A DNA stretch of 63,605 bases, the filler included, from Octopus bimaculoides (lineage: Eukaryota): assembly GCF_001194135.2 (NCBI RefSeq). It is 4 parts of 4 records of this genome, joined end to end, with 100 filler letters (N's around TTAATTAATTAA, not from the genome) between each part and the next. Parts side by side here need not be neighbours in the genome. Positions count along the whole stretch, not along the records: positions 1 to 15,557 come from NC_068984.1; positions 15,658 to 45,713 come from NC_068997.1; 2 more parts are not named here. The stretch is one strand, 5' to 3'. Position numbers and translations under genes: made by a program. Position 1 is the first letter of the stretch. Every line of letters starts with the position of its first letter. Positions 11,150-23,973 of this stretch are shown in pieces. The notes beneath the pieces were generated by a model. That model made no database searches. It worked only from the letters and a program-made list of their open reading frames with translations, and was not told the DNA's origin.

Positions 11150-11480
11150 CTAGTTGAAGTTTATGAAAATTTTAAAATTTGGTATATTAATATACTTTTC
11201 CAAGCTGAATTGCTAGAATTATTTCACTTTTTCCAGAAAATGTTTTTAAAAAGTTATAAAGGTTTAAATTTTGGTCGTTTTCACCCAGTCAAAAAACAGG
11301 ATTTGGAAGCTGTAATTTTGCGTGTGACTGCACATGTCAGCATTCTGAAAACAGCATGTTTTTATATGAAACTGTAAAGAAATCAAATTCTGCTTAACGC
11401 ACAAAATATAACCATTTACAACTTCTTAAAATTTGGAATTTTTAGAAAATTTTTGTGAATTTGTACTCTACACATAGGAA
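11150..11480. mobile_element. Degenerate MITE-like inverted repeat
   Basis: TTTTAAAAAGTTATAAAGGTTTAAATTTTGGTCG (about 11255) is an imperfect reverse complement of CGCACAAAATATAACCATTTACAACTTCTTAAAA (about 11398). Confidence 0.35.
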
Positions 11481-12099
11481 TCCATACAATTATGCCAAAA
11501 AAAATTTTCAATGGGAGGTGGGCGTGATTTAAGGCCTATTTAGCTGTTATTTTCAGCATAACTCATGACCAGAGTACAAGCAACAGATGGGCACAAGCAA
11601 CAGAACACAGCGTCAACACACATGACATCACACAGAATATATTTGTCAACACACATGCTTTCTCACTGACAAAAGAGTTCTCATATTTGTCTTGTGGAAA
11701 CAGGCATGAATGTGTCTGTGGCTTACAATTGGCTAAAATTGCTAGTAGCTCTTTATTTATTGATTTATAGCAAAAATGATTTTCATTAGCCTATAAAAGT
11801 GTATCATTACACTGAATATGAAATCAATTTGAACAGAAATTGATGCTGACAGCCAAACCAACTAGATCTGAGAATGAAACAAAAAATAAGGTTATATGTA
11901 TAAATATACAATTACGTTGATAGATACACATTTGAAAATGGTTTTGTTTCATTGGTCCTTCCAACTAACGGTCTTTTCAATAACTGGTTATATGAAATTA
12001 CATTTCTGATTTAAAATCATATTATAATATGGGCAGAAGCAACAGAACACAACGTCAACACACATGACATCACGCAGATTATAATATTATAATAGTATA

Positions 12100-13298
12100 G
12101 GCATAGGAGTGGCTGTGTGGTAAGTAGCTTGCTTACGAACCACATGGTTCCGAGTTCAATCCCACTGCATGGCACTTTGGGCAAGTGTCGGATCTTTTTG
12201 GTTTGACGGGCAACACTTGCTTTCTTAATGAAACACTTTCAAACTTGGGATACTGGTAGAATGTGTCATATAAAACATCTTTTTCTCTTAGCCTTCTTAA
12301 CAAATTTAGTTCTTAATAAGTTATTTCATGTTAAAGTTGTCGTATTTGTGTAATTTCAACCAATCACTGACGTCTATTGAGCTGAAAACAATTACTGCCG
12401 TGGAATGTAAACAACGGTGTCATGGGATCTTTTCCCTTGAATAAAATTAGTGCCGTTGTTTGTCAACAACAACTATCGGCGGTAGTTATTTATAACATTG
12501 TTTGTGCGTTTGGGTTAGGGTTTGGGTTTTAGAGTTAGGGTTAGGGTTTTAGGGTAAGAGTTGGGGTTAGGGTTATGGTTATGAGTTATAGGGTTTTAGG
12601 GTTAGGGTTATGAGTGAGGTTATGGCAAAAATAATCATAACCCTAAAGCTAAAACCAGTACAAACGCACGAACAATGTTATAAATAACAGTACCACCGAT
12701 AGTTGTTGTTGACAAACAACGGCACTAATTTTATTCACTAATTTTATTCTAACACCGTTAGAATATGTTGTTTACATTCTATGGCAGTAATTGTTTTCAC
12801 CTCAATAGACGTCAGTGATTGGTTGAAATTACCGAAATACGACAACTTTTTACATGAAATAACTTCGAATACAAAAATTTTTATCTGTTCTATAACACAA
12901 AATATACAAGTATACGAAGTTTGAAAGTGTTTCGGTACCAAAAACACTACATAAAACATAAATGAAAAATGTTGCCCGTCAAACCAAAAAGATCCCAAGT
13001 GTCTTCTACTATAACCTCGGGCCGACCAAAGCTTTGTGAGTGGATTTGGTAGACGGAAACTGAAAGAAGCCCATCGTATATATATGTATGTGTGTGTGTC
13101 TGTGTTTCTCCCCCCCCCCTAACATCGCTTGACAACTGATACTGGTGTGTTTACGTCCCTTAGCAGTTTGGCAAAAGAGAACCGATAGAATAAGTACTAG
13201 GCTTACAAAGAATAAGTCCTGGGGTCGATTTGCTTGACTAAAGGTGGTACTCCAGCATGGCCGCAGTCAAATGACCGAAACATGTAAAAGAGTAAAAG
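12100..13298 (+). mobile_element. tRNA-derived SINE (main family, CORE-like), interrupted by a MITE
   Basis: Head GGAGTGGCTGTGTGGTAAG...GAGTTCAATCCC, CORE-like TTGGGCAAGTG, central (GT)n, tail CCAGCATGGCCGCAGTCAAATGACCGAAAC. Many copies in the window. Confidence 0.85.
12190..12995. mobile_element. MITE with long TIRs, 8-bp TSD and internal telomere-like repeats (Merlin-like termini)
   Basis: Termini GGATCTTTTTGGTTTGACGGGCAAC / GTTGCCCGTCAAACCAAAAAGATCC are perfect inverted repeats. TSD CAAGTGTC at 12182-12189 and 12996-13003. Arms complementary over about 300 bp. Degenerate TTAGGG at about 12511-12625. Confidence 0.9.
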
Positions 13299-13478
13299 TG
13301 TAATAAAAATCAAATAAAACCTTAAAATTAGCTTTAGTAGAAGGGAAAAAAACCTGTATACACAGGGTAAATTAATTAATGGTAAAATAAATTATAAAGA
13401 ACTAACATCATAAAAATACATATACATTTAGTAATACATGCACATTCCAAAAACTCTATATATACATATATACACTAA

Positions 13479-13858
13479 ACATACAAACGTTGGTACATGT
13501 CTACATTCATACACAAGCAAATACAAGCAAAACAAATATATATAGACTAATATATAGGTATCCACGTACATATATATGCACGCATAATATTTCTCCATGT
13601 GTATTTCAAATATACAAGCTAGTTGTTACAAGCTAGAGAAAGAAAACGAAACGAAAATCAGAGAATAATAAGTGGTGGGAGAGAAAAAGAAAAGAGAAAT
13701 GGTGGAAGACAGAGAAAGTTAGAAAGAGCAAGAGAAATACACATGACGTATTATCTATGTATATACATGTACGTAGAGACCTATATATGCATTAGTATAT
13801 ATATGTTTTGCCTGTATTTGTTTGTATATGTATGTAGGCATGTACGAACGTTTGTATG
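13479..13858. repeat. Imperfect inverted repeat (arms 13479-13607 and 13734-13858)
   Basis: ACATACAAACGTTGGTACATGTCTACA...GTGTATTTC is the reverse complement of GAAATACAC...TGTAGGCATGTACGAACGTTTGTATG. Confidence 0.75.
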
Positions 13859-13904
13859 CTGCACCGGTGAAATCTGCAAGTTTTTTTCATTCTCTCGCTG
13901 TCTA

Positions 13905-14040
13905 TCTTCTCTTATTTCTTTCTGTTGAAGAGCGTATGCTTAAAACGTGAAAGACTTTTTCATTTTGCCGCCGAGTGTCAAACTAATACACTTACTTGTT
14001 ATTCATACACTTGTCTTTGTCTTTTGTTTTTCTTTAAATT
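13905..14040 (+). mobile_element. Penelope-like terminal-repeat fragment; second copy inverted at about 24907-25016
   Basis: CTGTTGAAGAGCGTATGCTTAAAACGT resembles a hammerhead CTGANGA-A-GAGC GTAG GCTC-GAAACGT. The downstream ~100 bp matches the reverse complement of 24907-25016. Confidence 0.5.
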
Positions 14041-14061
14041 TCAATGATAGATAGATAGATA

Positions 14062-15557
14062 TCTTTCTTTATTAGCCATGCAGGTCCAAACTCAGAGGGG
14101 ACAATACAAAGTAGAACTTAACTTTTCGAAGGAAAAAAAAACAAACCAATCAAAAGGTATCGAAAGCGTTTGTGACATGTAAACAGCAAAAAAAAAAAAA
14201 AAAATGCAGCGTAAAAATGTAAAAGAGGTTTATCCATGAAAAGAAAAGCCTACGGAAAAGACCACAGGAACCTCAGGCAGGAAAAGTAACACATGAGAGG
14301 AAAATGCGCTCTCTCTCTCTCTTTTGGGTTTACAGGATCATGCTTAAAGTGGTTTCATCATTCACACATACCATCTTTGCTACATTCACCCACATTTTAT
14401 TGAAACTTTTATGAGACAAACCTTCCCTCTCTATTCTCACTTTCCTTTTCAAGTGGTACTTGAAAAAGTTGATGAGTGATTGGTCAGAGAGGAAAGTGTT
14501 TGTCTCTAAACCTTTTGCTTAAGTCCACCACATACATTCTTTCACCATAACCACCAGTACAATGAAAACTGCCTTGCTTTCCCAGTTAAAGGAAGGTAGT
14601 GAGGCAATGTTCATGATAGACTCGGCTGATAAGCAAATTCATCCTACACATGATAGCAGCCGTTTAACATAAGCCCACAGGTCTGAAATTGTTGGACACT
14701 GCACGAGTGCGTGCAGAATAGTTTCATCGCTCTGACCACATCTCAGGCAAGTCGGTCCGGTGTATCTCGAACTGTGCCTGTAGAGCTTATCCCGAATGGG
14801 CAATGCTTCCCAATAGCACTGCCAGGCCAGGGACCGCTGGTGATTGTCCATAGGTCCCAACCCAAAAGTGGTCCTGAAGAGGTGGGTCAGGTGTTTCCTG
14901 TCGACGCCCAGATTCTCCCCAAGAATGTCATTGCACCTCCCCTCCACTAATCCTCTATAGAACGCCTTCATGGAAATGAAGTCGCGCAACTTTATTCCGG
15001 ATGGCAGAGCTGCTCAAGAGTAAGGTGGCACTTACAGTGCCTTTTGTCTAGCCTCGGTCTCTGTTTGATCTATGACTGCAGTTCGACCAAAGAGACGAGC
15101 TGTGGGAAAGCGCATCTCACGAATGGCGACCACACCTGTTCACCATTGTCTATGAAGCACCAGAGATGTCGCAGTTTCAGTGCATGTCTGTGCATCATCA
15201 ACCACGGCAAGCCCAGCCCTCTGTTTAGTGGGTGTTGACAGTAAATGGATTGCCTAACCAATGGAATGCTTGCCTTCCACAAAAAGCCGAAGAGTATGCA
15301 TTCCAGTTTGGTGATGGTAGGATCAGGACAAGGCATGATGGTCAGACGGTAACAGATGATGGATGCAATGTACGTGTTCGCCACCTCTGCTCAACCTTTT
15401 AGGGATAGCTTCCTCTCAGCCCATTGCTGAGTGAGAGTGGCCACCCTACTCATTATCTCGTCCTAGTTCTTCTCCATTTGGAGGTCCGGTCTGAACCAGA
15501 CCCTGAGCAATTTAACCAGTCCATCGGTCCAGTGTCCCATGATGGAGATGCTGTTGG
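14062..15557 (-). mobile_element. Tx1/L1-clade LINE, 3' fragment
   Basis: KLECILFGFLWKASIPLVRQSIYCQHPLNRGLGLPW and C-terminal zinc knuckle LAWQCYWEALP...CLRCGQSDETILHALVQC. 3' UTR with AATAAA abutting (GATA)n. The 5' side runs into an assembly linker. Confidence 0.8.
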
Positions 15558-15657
15558 NNNNNNNNNNNNNNNNNNNNNNNNNNNNNNNNNNNNNNNNNNN
15601 NTTAATTAATTAANNNNNNNNNNNNNNNNNNNNNNNNNNNNNNNNNNNNNNNNNNNN
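15558..15657. other. Assembly linker N44-TTAATTAATTAA-N44
   Basis: Exact 100-nt construct found three times. The 12-mer gives stops in all six frames. Confidence 0.9.
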
Positions 15658-16474
15658 ATGTATGTATGCATAAATACGTTGACAAATACGCGAACACATA
15701 CACAAAAAAACCGCGTTACTTTATCTTCATAATCATTCATAATTAACCGTTATGACGGGTTCTGTTTATGTTAACGGTTCTTTCATTTTATTTTGTTATT
15801 TATATTTCGGAGGTTTTACCCTTTTTATATCTAGTTCTCGTTTTGTTTATTCCACCTTCCACCTCTTCCAAAACGCCAAGAGGTTCTACCGATTCTGGAT
15901 TCGTTCGTCGAACACTCTAAGTGTATATTACCGCTTTACCTCGCTGTCTCAGTGCAGTGCTGCAATTTAAACCAAATGAACTGGAAAATTCCGCACACAC
16001 ATACACAGTTACACATATAAGTATGTGTATGCATGTATGTATGTATGTATGTTTAGGTATATCACTGCGTAAAGCTATATTTTGATATATACACTATACA
16101 CATGCTGACACGCGCAAACCTCGCTCAAGAACGTATACATATGTGAGTGTATGAGCGTGTGTGTGTGTTTCTGTGTTTGCGTATGTGCGCATATGTGTGC
16201 GTGTGTGTGTGGACATATGTGTTTATATAAATAAATGTGTATATGTACATATCTGTATGTTTTATTATGTTGCATCATATTATTTTCTTTTATATTATGT
16301 TACTAAAAGTTAAGATGTCTTAAAATCGTAAATTTTTGCTTCATGCAGTCAATTCTAAAAACGATTGATGACTTCGCAACTGAAAATTAGAACTTCTGAA
16401 TAATGAGTTTCTTGCAAAGGATATACTTTCATCACAGCCATTCTCAACAAAACGCTTACAAGCCACAGACTCAC

Positions 16475-16585
16475 ATTTGCAGATATAATATATATTTCAC
16501 ATCCGTTGACTGTTCCATCTTCACACATGGTTACCGTCTCTTTGTGCTTTTTTGTTGTGGATGGCATTTTTGACTTTCCATCCAT
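16475..16585 (-). CDS. Candidate first coding exon of an unidentified gene (exon about 16475-16755 including 5' UTR)
   Basis: Acceptor TTATTTCTTCAG at 16756, ATG in GTCATGG context after an in-frame TGA, 37 codons MDGKSKMPSTTKKHKETVTMCEDGTVNGCEIYIISAN, then phase-0 donor GTGAGT at 16474. Unique, non-repetitive sequence. No homology recognised. Confidence 0.3.
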
Positions 16586-17010
16586 GACTTCCCGGATGAC
16601 TATTCAGTCCCGTTGCAGATCTGCAGGATTCCAATTATAAATGACAGACGAAAGTCGTGACTTCATGTGCACGTCCACTGGTTGACGTCTGCACACGTCA
16701 CTACTCTTCCATCGGCATAGGAATTTCAGCAGCGCGAATGACAAATGAGGTCGCCCTGAAGAAATAACTGTACGTTATTGGATTATAGTGATAAACGCTT
16801 GTGTAATGCGAGAACAACTACGTGATTAGTACCTTGTGACTGGCCCAAATCAGATGACCAACAATCACATGAAACTGCAGGTTTTACATCAGAATGTCCT
16901 CATCGTAGAAGGAAGAAAAGACATACATACATACAAACACACACACACATATATATGCATGTAGACATCACACATGTGTTTGTGTGTGTGTGTGTAAATA
17001 TATTTATATA

Positions 17011-17041
<31 letters not shown>

Positions 17042-19227
17042 NNNNNNNNNNNNNNNNNNNNNNNNNNNNNNNNNNNNNNNNNNNNNNNNNNNNNNNNNNN
17101 NNNNNNNNNNNNNNNNNNNNNNNNNNNNNNNNNNNNNNNNNNNNNNNNNNNNNNNNNNNNNNNNNNNNNNNNNNNNNNNNNNNNNNNNNNNNNNNNNNNN
17201 NNNNNNNNNNNNNNNNNNNNNNNNNNNNNNNNNNNNNNNNNNNNNNNNNNNNNNNNNNNNNNNNNNNNNNNNNNNNNNNNNNNNNNNNNNNNNNNNNNNN
17301 NNNNNNNNNNNNNNNNNNNNNNNNNNNNNNNNNNNNNNNNNNNNNNNNNNNNNNNNNNNNNNNNNNNNNNNNNNNNNNNNNNNNNNNNNNNNNNNNNNNN
17401 NNNNNNNNNNNNNNNNNNNNNNNNNNNNNNNNNNNNNNNNNNNNNNNNNNNNNNNNNNNNNNNNNNNNNNNNNNNNNNNNNNNNNNNNNNNNNNNNNNNN
17501 NNNNNNNNNNNNNNNNNNNNNNNNNNNNNNNNNNNNNNTAAAGTATATATATATTGTATATTAGCATATGAACTAGATGTTCCACCAGTTTTAGTCGTGT
17601 CCTTTATAAAAATGGAGAAGACCATATAAAAATTATGTAAGTACCGAAGCATACATATATCCAATATATAAACAAAAGATTATGTTTGGTAAACGTCAGG
17701 GTACGCAGCATAAATGGTATACTGCCAAACCGGTGCCATTGTAGTCTGTCTAGTTGTCTTCAGGTTCGCATTTCACTGTCCACGAAAGAAGTCTTTTGAG
17801 AAGGCGCGAACTATTTAACTGTTGAGTTACAATGAGATTTGTTGTCTCTCGTTGTCAATGCCGCTCATACGGAAAAACGTAATGTCGTAAGGTTGAATTG
17901 CTAAATTCTTGCAATCCTGAAATGTTTTCTACAAGCTATACCTATTTTGATATTATTTTCTTGAAGGCTTTAGAATTGCTGCAATCATTTCTCACCAGTT
18001 TTCAGCCCCTTAGATAAGTATGCACCATATTCCTTTGGTAGTTTCTACCCCGGTGACATATTTCAAGGGTCGAGAACTGATAAACGGTAGTCTCCCAGAA
18101 ACAAATCAAGTGCAACAGTTTTTGTTTTGCTTCTTTTAATGAGGTAACAACTCTTTATCGTACATCTCTGCATTGCTCAATCGCCAATCCTCAGTTTTCA
18201 TTTGATATACGGTTTCAAGAGAAATATAATTAAATGAGATTTTGCCGAGGCAAATATCAACATTTTCCTTGAATTAATGAATTTCCATTCAAATTATAAA
18301 CCTAATTAAAAACGTGATCAAAATCCTTCCACAGCACAAGTTCAAATCCAGCTTGGTTTTTTTTTCTTCTTTATAATTTAAGTAAACTACTATTGATTTA
18401 TGACTTACAGAAATTACCTCTAGGGGGCGTTGTGCATTTATGATGTAAATACTTAATATACTTTATATAGTTTGTTCAATATTTTCAAATTCGAAATTGT
18501 GCAAGCAATTAGTAAATATAAACTTCAACAAGGAGTGTTTAAAATGCTAAAACGTAACAAGCGGCAAAAGAAATTCCGATAATATCAGGCAATAGAATTT
18601 TTCAAAGTCAACAGAGAGAGGATATCATTTTTTAATTCAACTGATGAAGACAACGGACATGTAACAAAAATAGTATGGCTCTGTTATACCTCGGAGGCCA
18701 ATGATTATATGTTTATCTAAGATGTAAGAAATGAGATGGCATTAAGAGCAACACGAAGCCAGTACATTTATCTTTGTTTCTCATTGATTCATTTATCACT
18801 AATTTGTTCGTTTATCGCTGTAATTTTTCGAACCAAAACATCGTGGTTAACAAGAAATAAGTACCAGTCACATACTTGAGTCAATATGATCGATAGAAGT
18901 TGTGCAAAAATTCATATTTATCCAAGAAGTCAAAATTTTAAATGTCTTTCATAATGAACTGTGATGATTTCGTAAAACTGAAGGCATGTATGTGTATGAG
19001 AGTATGTGAGTGCGTGTGTGTGTGTGTGTGTGTGTGATTTTATGCATAAGATAAAGAGAAAAAAAAGAGAGAGTGAGGTATAGTTTGAAGACCTTACATA
19101 CACATGGACATGTGTATGTAGCCTGTGTGTATGTATATACATACATATATATATATAAATACACATACGCACACACANNNNNNNNNNATATATATATATA
19201 TATATATATATATATTACTGCATCGAA

Positions 19228-20200
19228 GGAGAGAGTTATAGCGAGTGGAGTGCTTCAGGGAAGTGTCTTGGGGCCGCTGCTCTTTAGAAGATGCCATAGG
19301 TTACACAGACACCCACACTTACTAGATATGCTGACGGCACAAAAGTTGTAAAAAGCAATCAAGGAACCTTCCGATGCAAGTCTTCCACAGAAAAACCTGG
19401 ATGTCCAATATAAATGGGCTGAAGAAAACAACATTCAATACAATGCAGGAAGATTCCATGACTTCCGCCACCAGCAAGTTCGTTCTAATATACCGCAACA
19501 AAATTACTTTTGAGCAAAAGTAGCGGCAATCCCCGAGTCGAGTTAAGAACATTACTTGGGGTTTGATATGAACTTCTAATAATACTGCAACAAAGATACT
19601 TTTGAGCAAAAGTAGCGGCAATTCCCGAGTTAAGAACATTACTTGTGGATTGATATGAACAACGACGCCCCATTTCATGTACAGATCACCAAGATGGTAT
19701 CAATGTGTAGGCGAATGGCTGGATGGACTCTGAGAACTTTTAGAACACAAGTGACCAGGACACTATACGGGTTCTAAGGCGGATATTTCTCCCCAGCCCT
19801 CTTGGACAACTGCTCTCGACTCTGGTCACTCGGATTGTCAAATTAGTAGCGAGGTTTGAGGCAGTTCAGCGGTGCAATATCAAGAAGGTTGTGTCAGTGG
19901 AACAGCTGAGCTATTGTGAGTGACTAAAAGGGTTATAACTCTACTACCTGGAGCGAAGACAAGAAAGATATTTGGCGATATGCATATGGAAACTCCTTGA
20001 AGATTTGGCGCCATCGCAAAAATCGACGAACAGTGGGGAGCACTACAAAACAAAGATACGCCACGTGGCAGTACAACATCATCAGATAACGCCGGTCGAA
20101 AGACTGATGCCTGAGGATCACATCAAGTGGCTTCTAGTGGCGGAAGTCCAAACTACGACTGGTTTGTCCCACAGAGAATTTTTAGGTTACTTTTGGGACC
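19228..20200 (+). mobile_element. CR1-like LINE 3' fragment, highly decayed
   Basis: VIASGVLQGSVLGPLLF, YADGTK, YKWAEENNIQ, and LYYLERRQERYLAICIWKLLEDLAP. About 90-bp tandem duplication at 19483-19660. Confidence 0.75.
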
Positions 20201-20236
20201 CCCACGTATATACCTATTCGTATATATATGAATATA

Positions 20237-20281
<45 letters not shown>

Positions 20282-20745
20282 NNNNNNNNNNNNNNNNNNN
20301 NNNNNNNNNNNNNNNNNNNNNNNNNNNNNNNNNNNNNNNNNNNNNNNNNNNNNNNNNNNNNNNNNNNNNNNNNNNNNNNNNNNNNNNNNNNNNNNNNNNN
20401 NNNNNNNNNNNNNNNNNNNNNNNNNNTATACACATACATATTTACATATACACACATACATGCATATCAATGTGTGTGTGTGTACATATATACCACACGT
20501 TTATATGTATGTATGTACGTATGTATGCATGTATGTATGTATGTATGTATGTATGTATGTATTTATGCATGTGTGTATGCATACATGTGTTCATCTTTCC
20601 CTACCAGATATATATATATCATGCTTCCATCCTGACATTTTCCATTAAAATGATATGCTGAATTAATATTTGTTTTGCGCTGTTATCTACTTTTTTTTTT
20701 TAAACTTTTTTCTCGTTTCTTGTCAATTTCTTTGATTTCATTGTT

Positions 20746-20785
<40 letters not shown>

Positions 20786-21520
20786 ACATCATCGTTATTA
20801 TTGTTGTTTGTAGTTATGTTATCACTTTATTATTTTTTTTCAGTTATTTCTTAAGGAAAAGAAAACAAACTCTGGGTATGTTGTGAGAGGATACAGAGAG
20901 AGCATGAGAGGAAGAAGGGGAGAGAGAGAGAGAGAGAGAAAGAAAGAGAGACAGGCAGACAAAGAGGGAGAGAGGGAGAGAGAGAGAAAGAGTGACAGAG
21001 GGAAAAAGAGGGAGACAGAGTAGAATTGGAAGAGGAAGATTTGAAGGTAGGATAGGAATCATCTCTTTCGGATTTAAAGCAGATTACAAAACGCAGCCCG
21101 TTGAGACGTCTCAGCGATTTGATTACTTTAACAGAACCGTTGCTTTCTAACTTGAGTGCAGTGAGATGAAGAAAAGACCTGAGGAGACTCTTTGGGTGGC
21201 AACCCTCTCGCTTCCCAACACTCGTTTAACTCAGAGCTGTGCATGTGGAAGTCCGTATAGTTCACGTGCTGCTTTCACTCTCACAACCACATAATTACGA
21301 TATATACATATATATATATGGTAAGCGAACTTTGATTATAGTAGACACACAGGCATCCACATATATATATATATATATATATATATGAACTTATGCATGT
21401 ATATGTATGTATATGTGCATATATGTAATATGTCTAGGAAAATACATGTGAGCGTGTATATGGATATATATAATGCAAGATTACGTTCAAGTATACGTGT
21501 ATGTATTGACAGACAGACAT

Positions 21521-21551
<31 letters not shown>

Positions 21552-21732
21552 TACATACATACATACATACATGGAGAGATAAATAGAGAGATGCTCACAC
21601 GTACATAAATTGTTTTTATTTGAGTCAAAATATAGGAGAGATTTTCCTCATAATCACATGATATATATATATGGTAAGCGAACTTTGATTATAGTATACG
21701 CACAAACACACACACACACACATACAGATTCA

Positions 21733-21781
<49 letters not shown>

Positions 21782-21784
21782 AGG

Positions 21785-21838
<54 letters not shown>

Positions 21839-23935
21839 NNNNNNNNNNNNNNNNNNNNNNNNNNNNNNNNNNNNNNNNNNNNNNNNNNNNNNNNNNNNNN
21901 NNNNNNNNNNNNNNNNNNNNNNNNNNNNNNNNNNNNNNNNNNNNNNNNNNNNNNNNNNNNNNNNNNNNNNNNNNNNNNNNNNNNNNNNNNNNNNNNNNNN
22001 NNNNNNNNNNNNNNNNNNNNNNNNNNNNNNNNNNNNNNNNNNNNNNNNNNNNNNNNNNNNNNNNNNNNNNNNNNNNNNNNNNNNNNNNNNNNNNNNNNNN
22101 NNNNNNNNNNNNNNNNNNNNNNNNNNNNNNNNNNNNNNNNNNNNNNNNNNNNNNNNNNNNNNNNNNNNNNNNNNNNNNNNNNNNNNNNNNNNNNNNNNNN
22201 NNNNNNNNNNNNNNNNNATATATATATATGCACACATGCCTGATTGCATGTATTGTGTGTGTTTGTATGTATGCGTATGTGTGTGTGTGCGTATGTGTGT
22301 GCTTGCGTGTGTGTTCGTTTTTGGTTTTAATTTTGAGTTTAGCACACCGGACGAAGGGTTTGCTCGTAGCCTAGAAGCAAGTCTCTTTCATTAGAATTTA
22401 GACGAAATCAACCTGTGTAGCCCTGTATGGTTATATATTCAGTCACCATTTCTTTGCATTTCTTACTACTCGTCCCAGATGGTTGGAAATGGCTTCTAAC
22501 AAGAAAAAAAAAAGACCATTATTAACAAGTGTTGCATTACAACAATGTTAATGGTTATATATTGAACTGTAGGAAATTCTTTTTACTGTTCCATTTACAG
22601 ATTGTATTTTTAATGTTCGTGTTAGTATCTTTTTCTGCTCAAAAATTCCAGTTGTTCCAAATGGTCATTTATAAGCCTACTAACATAACCATCTCCACCA
22701 ACGGTTACTGATACGAATGTGAATTTTTAATCAGATAAAAGAAGATATTGTTTCGAAGTAACTGTCCAGAAATCTTCTTCTACTTTTCTAGATCAAGAGT
22801 TATTCAACAAATCCTCAATTAGCCTTCTTTCAAATTGTTTGTTTAGCTAAGAGGATAATGTTATTTTCACTGTGATCTTAGAGGAGTAGATTCAGACAGG
22901 TCGTGTACAATTTTTACATGAGATTTTGCCATGCAGTTGGCCAGTAGTTTTTTATCATTTCAATGGCATTCTTTATATGTTCTCTTCCTAGTTTTAATTA
23001 TCTGAAACATTCCTGTAAGCGAGGAGCTTCTTTGAAACAAACGGTACAAAGCACCGACGCTGGAATTTAGATAACAAACCTAGTATTACAATTTGAACTT
23101 TAGAGAGGTTTTGCATATTTGTATTGGTGCTTTCACATGATGCACACACAAACACACATGATAGAAGTACATACATACAGACATAAGGAGAGTAAAAGAT
23201 AGAGAGAGAGAAAGAGAGGGTGTAAATACATAGTACATGGATATATGCATGTATGTATTATGTATGCATGCAATTATGTACATGTAAGTATATATATGGG
23301 TGTATCTGTGCGTGCATTTCGATATGCATATATATTCATATATCTATAAATGTGTAGATATACATAAGCACAAATAGAAAGATAGACAGATAAAATATAT
23401 TGATATTCGGGTATTTATGCGTATACGTATGCAAGTATACGTTTACGTAAGTACACACACAGCAATCACACACATATATATACATATACGTACATACATA
23501 CATACATACATACATACATACCTACATATTAAATGTATATATGTATGCATGTATATATATAGACTTATATACATATATATGTGTGTGTATGCATGCGTGT
23601 ATATATGTATATGGGGTATGCCTATATATTTCTGTGTGTATTTGTGTATGTGCTTCATTAAACCAACTTCCATAAATTTATTTAGCTCTCTATTCCCAAT
23701 TGAAACTGCGATGTTTCCAATCCACTTAACCTATTTAAAAATATATATCTCGTGAGAAATTAATACCGCACCATTAAAGCTTGCCTTATTCTTCGATCTT
23801 TGCAAAAATCTTACTTTTCATATATCTTTCTCTATTGCTTCTTACTCGTAGCGTTCCGATGGAAATGAATATACAGTCAGGAATCTATAGAGATGCAGTG
23901 AAGAAATAGAAATAGCCCATCCACATTAACACACT

Positions 23936-23973
<38 letters not shown>

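Noticed and set aside
12511-12625. True telomere or chromosome-fusion site
   Set aside because: The tract is short, degenerate and enclosed in a MITE with a TSD.
21311-21700. ~35-bp direct repeat ATGGTAAGCGAACTTTGATTATAGTA (about 21321 and 21671)
   Set aside because: It is embedded in (TA)n tracts and most simply a local slippage duplication. The donor-like GTAAG has no supported exon.
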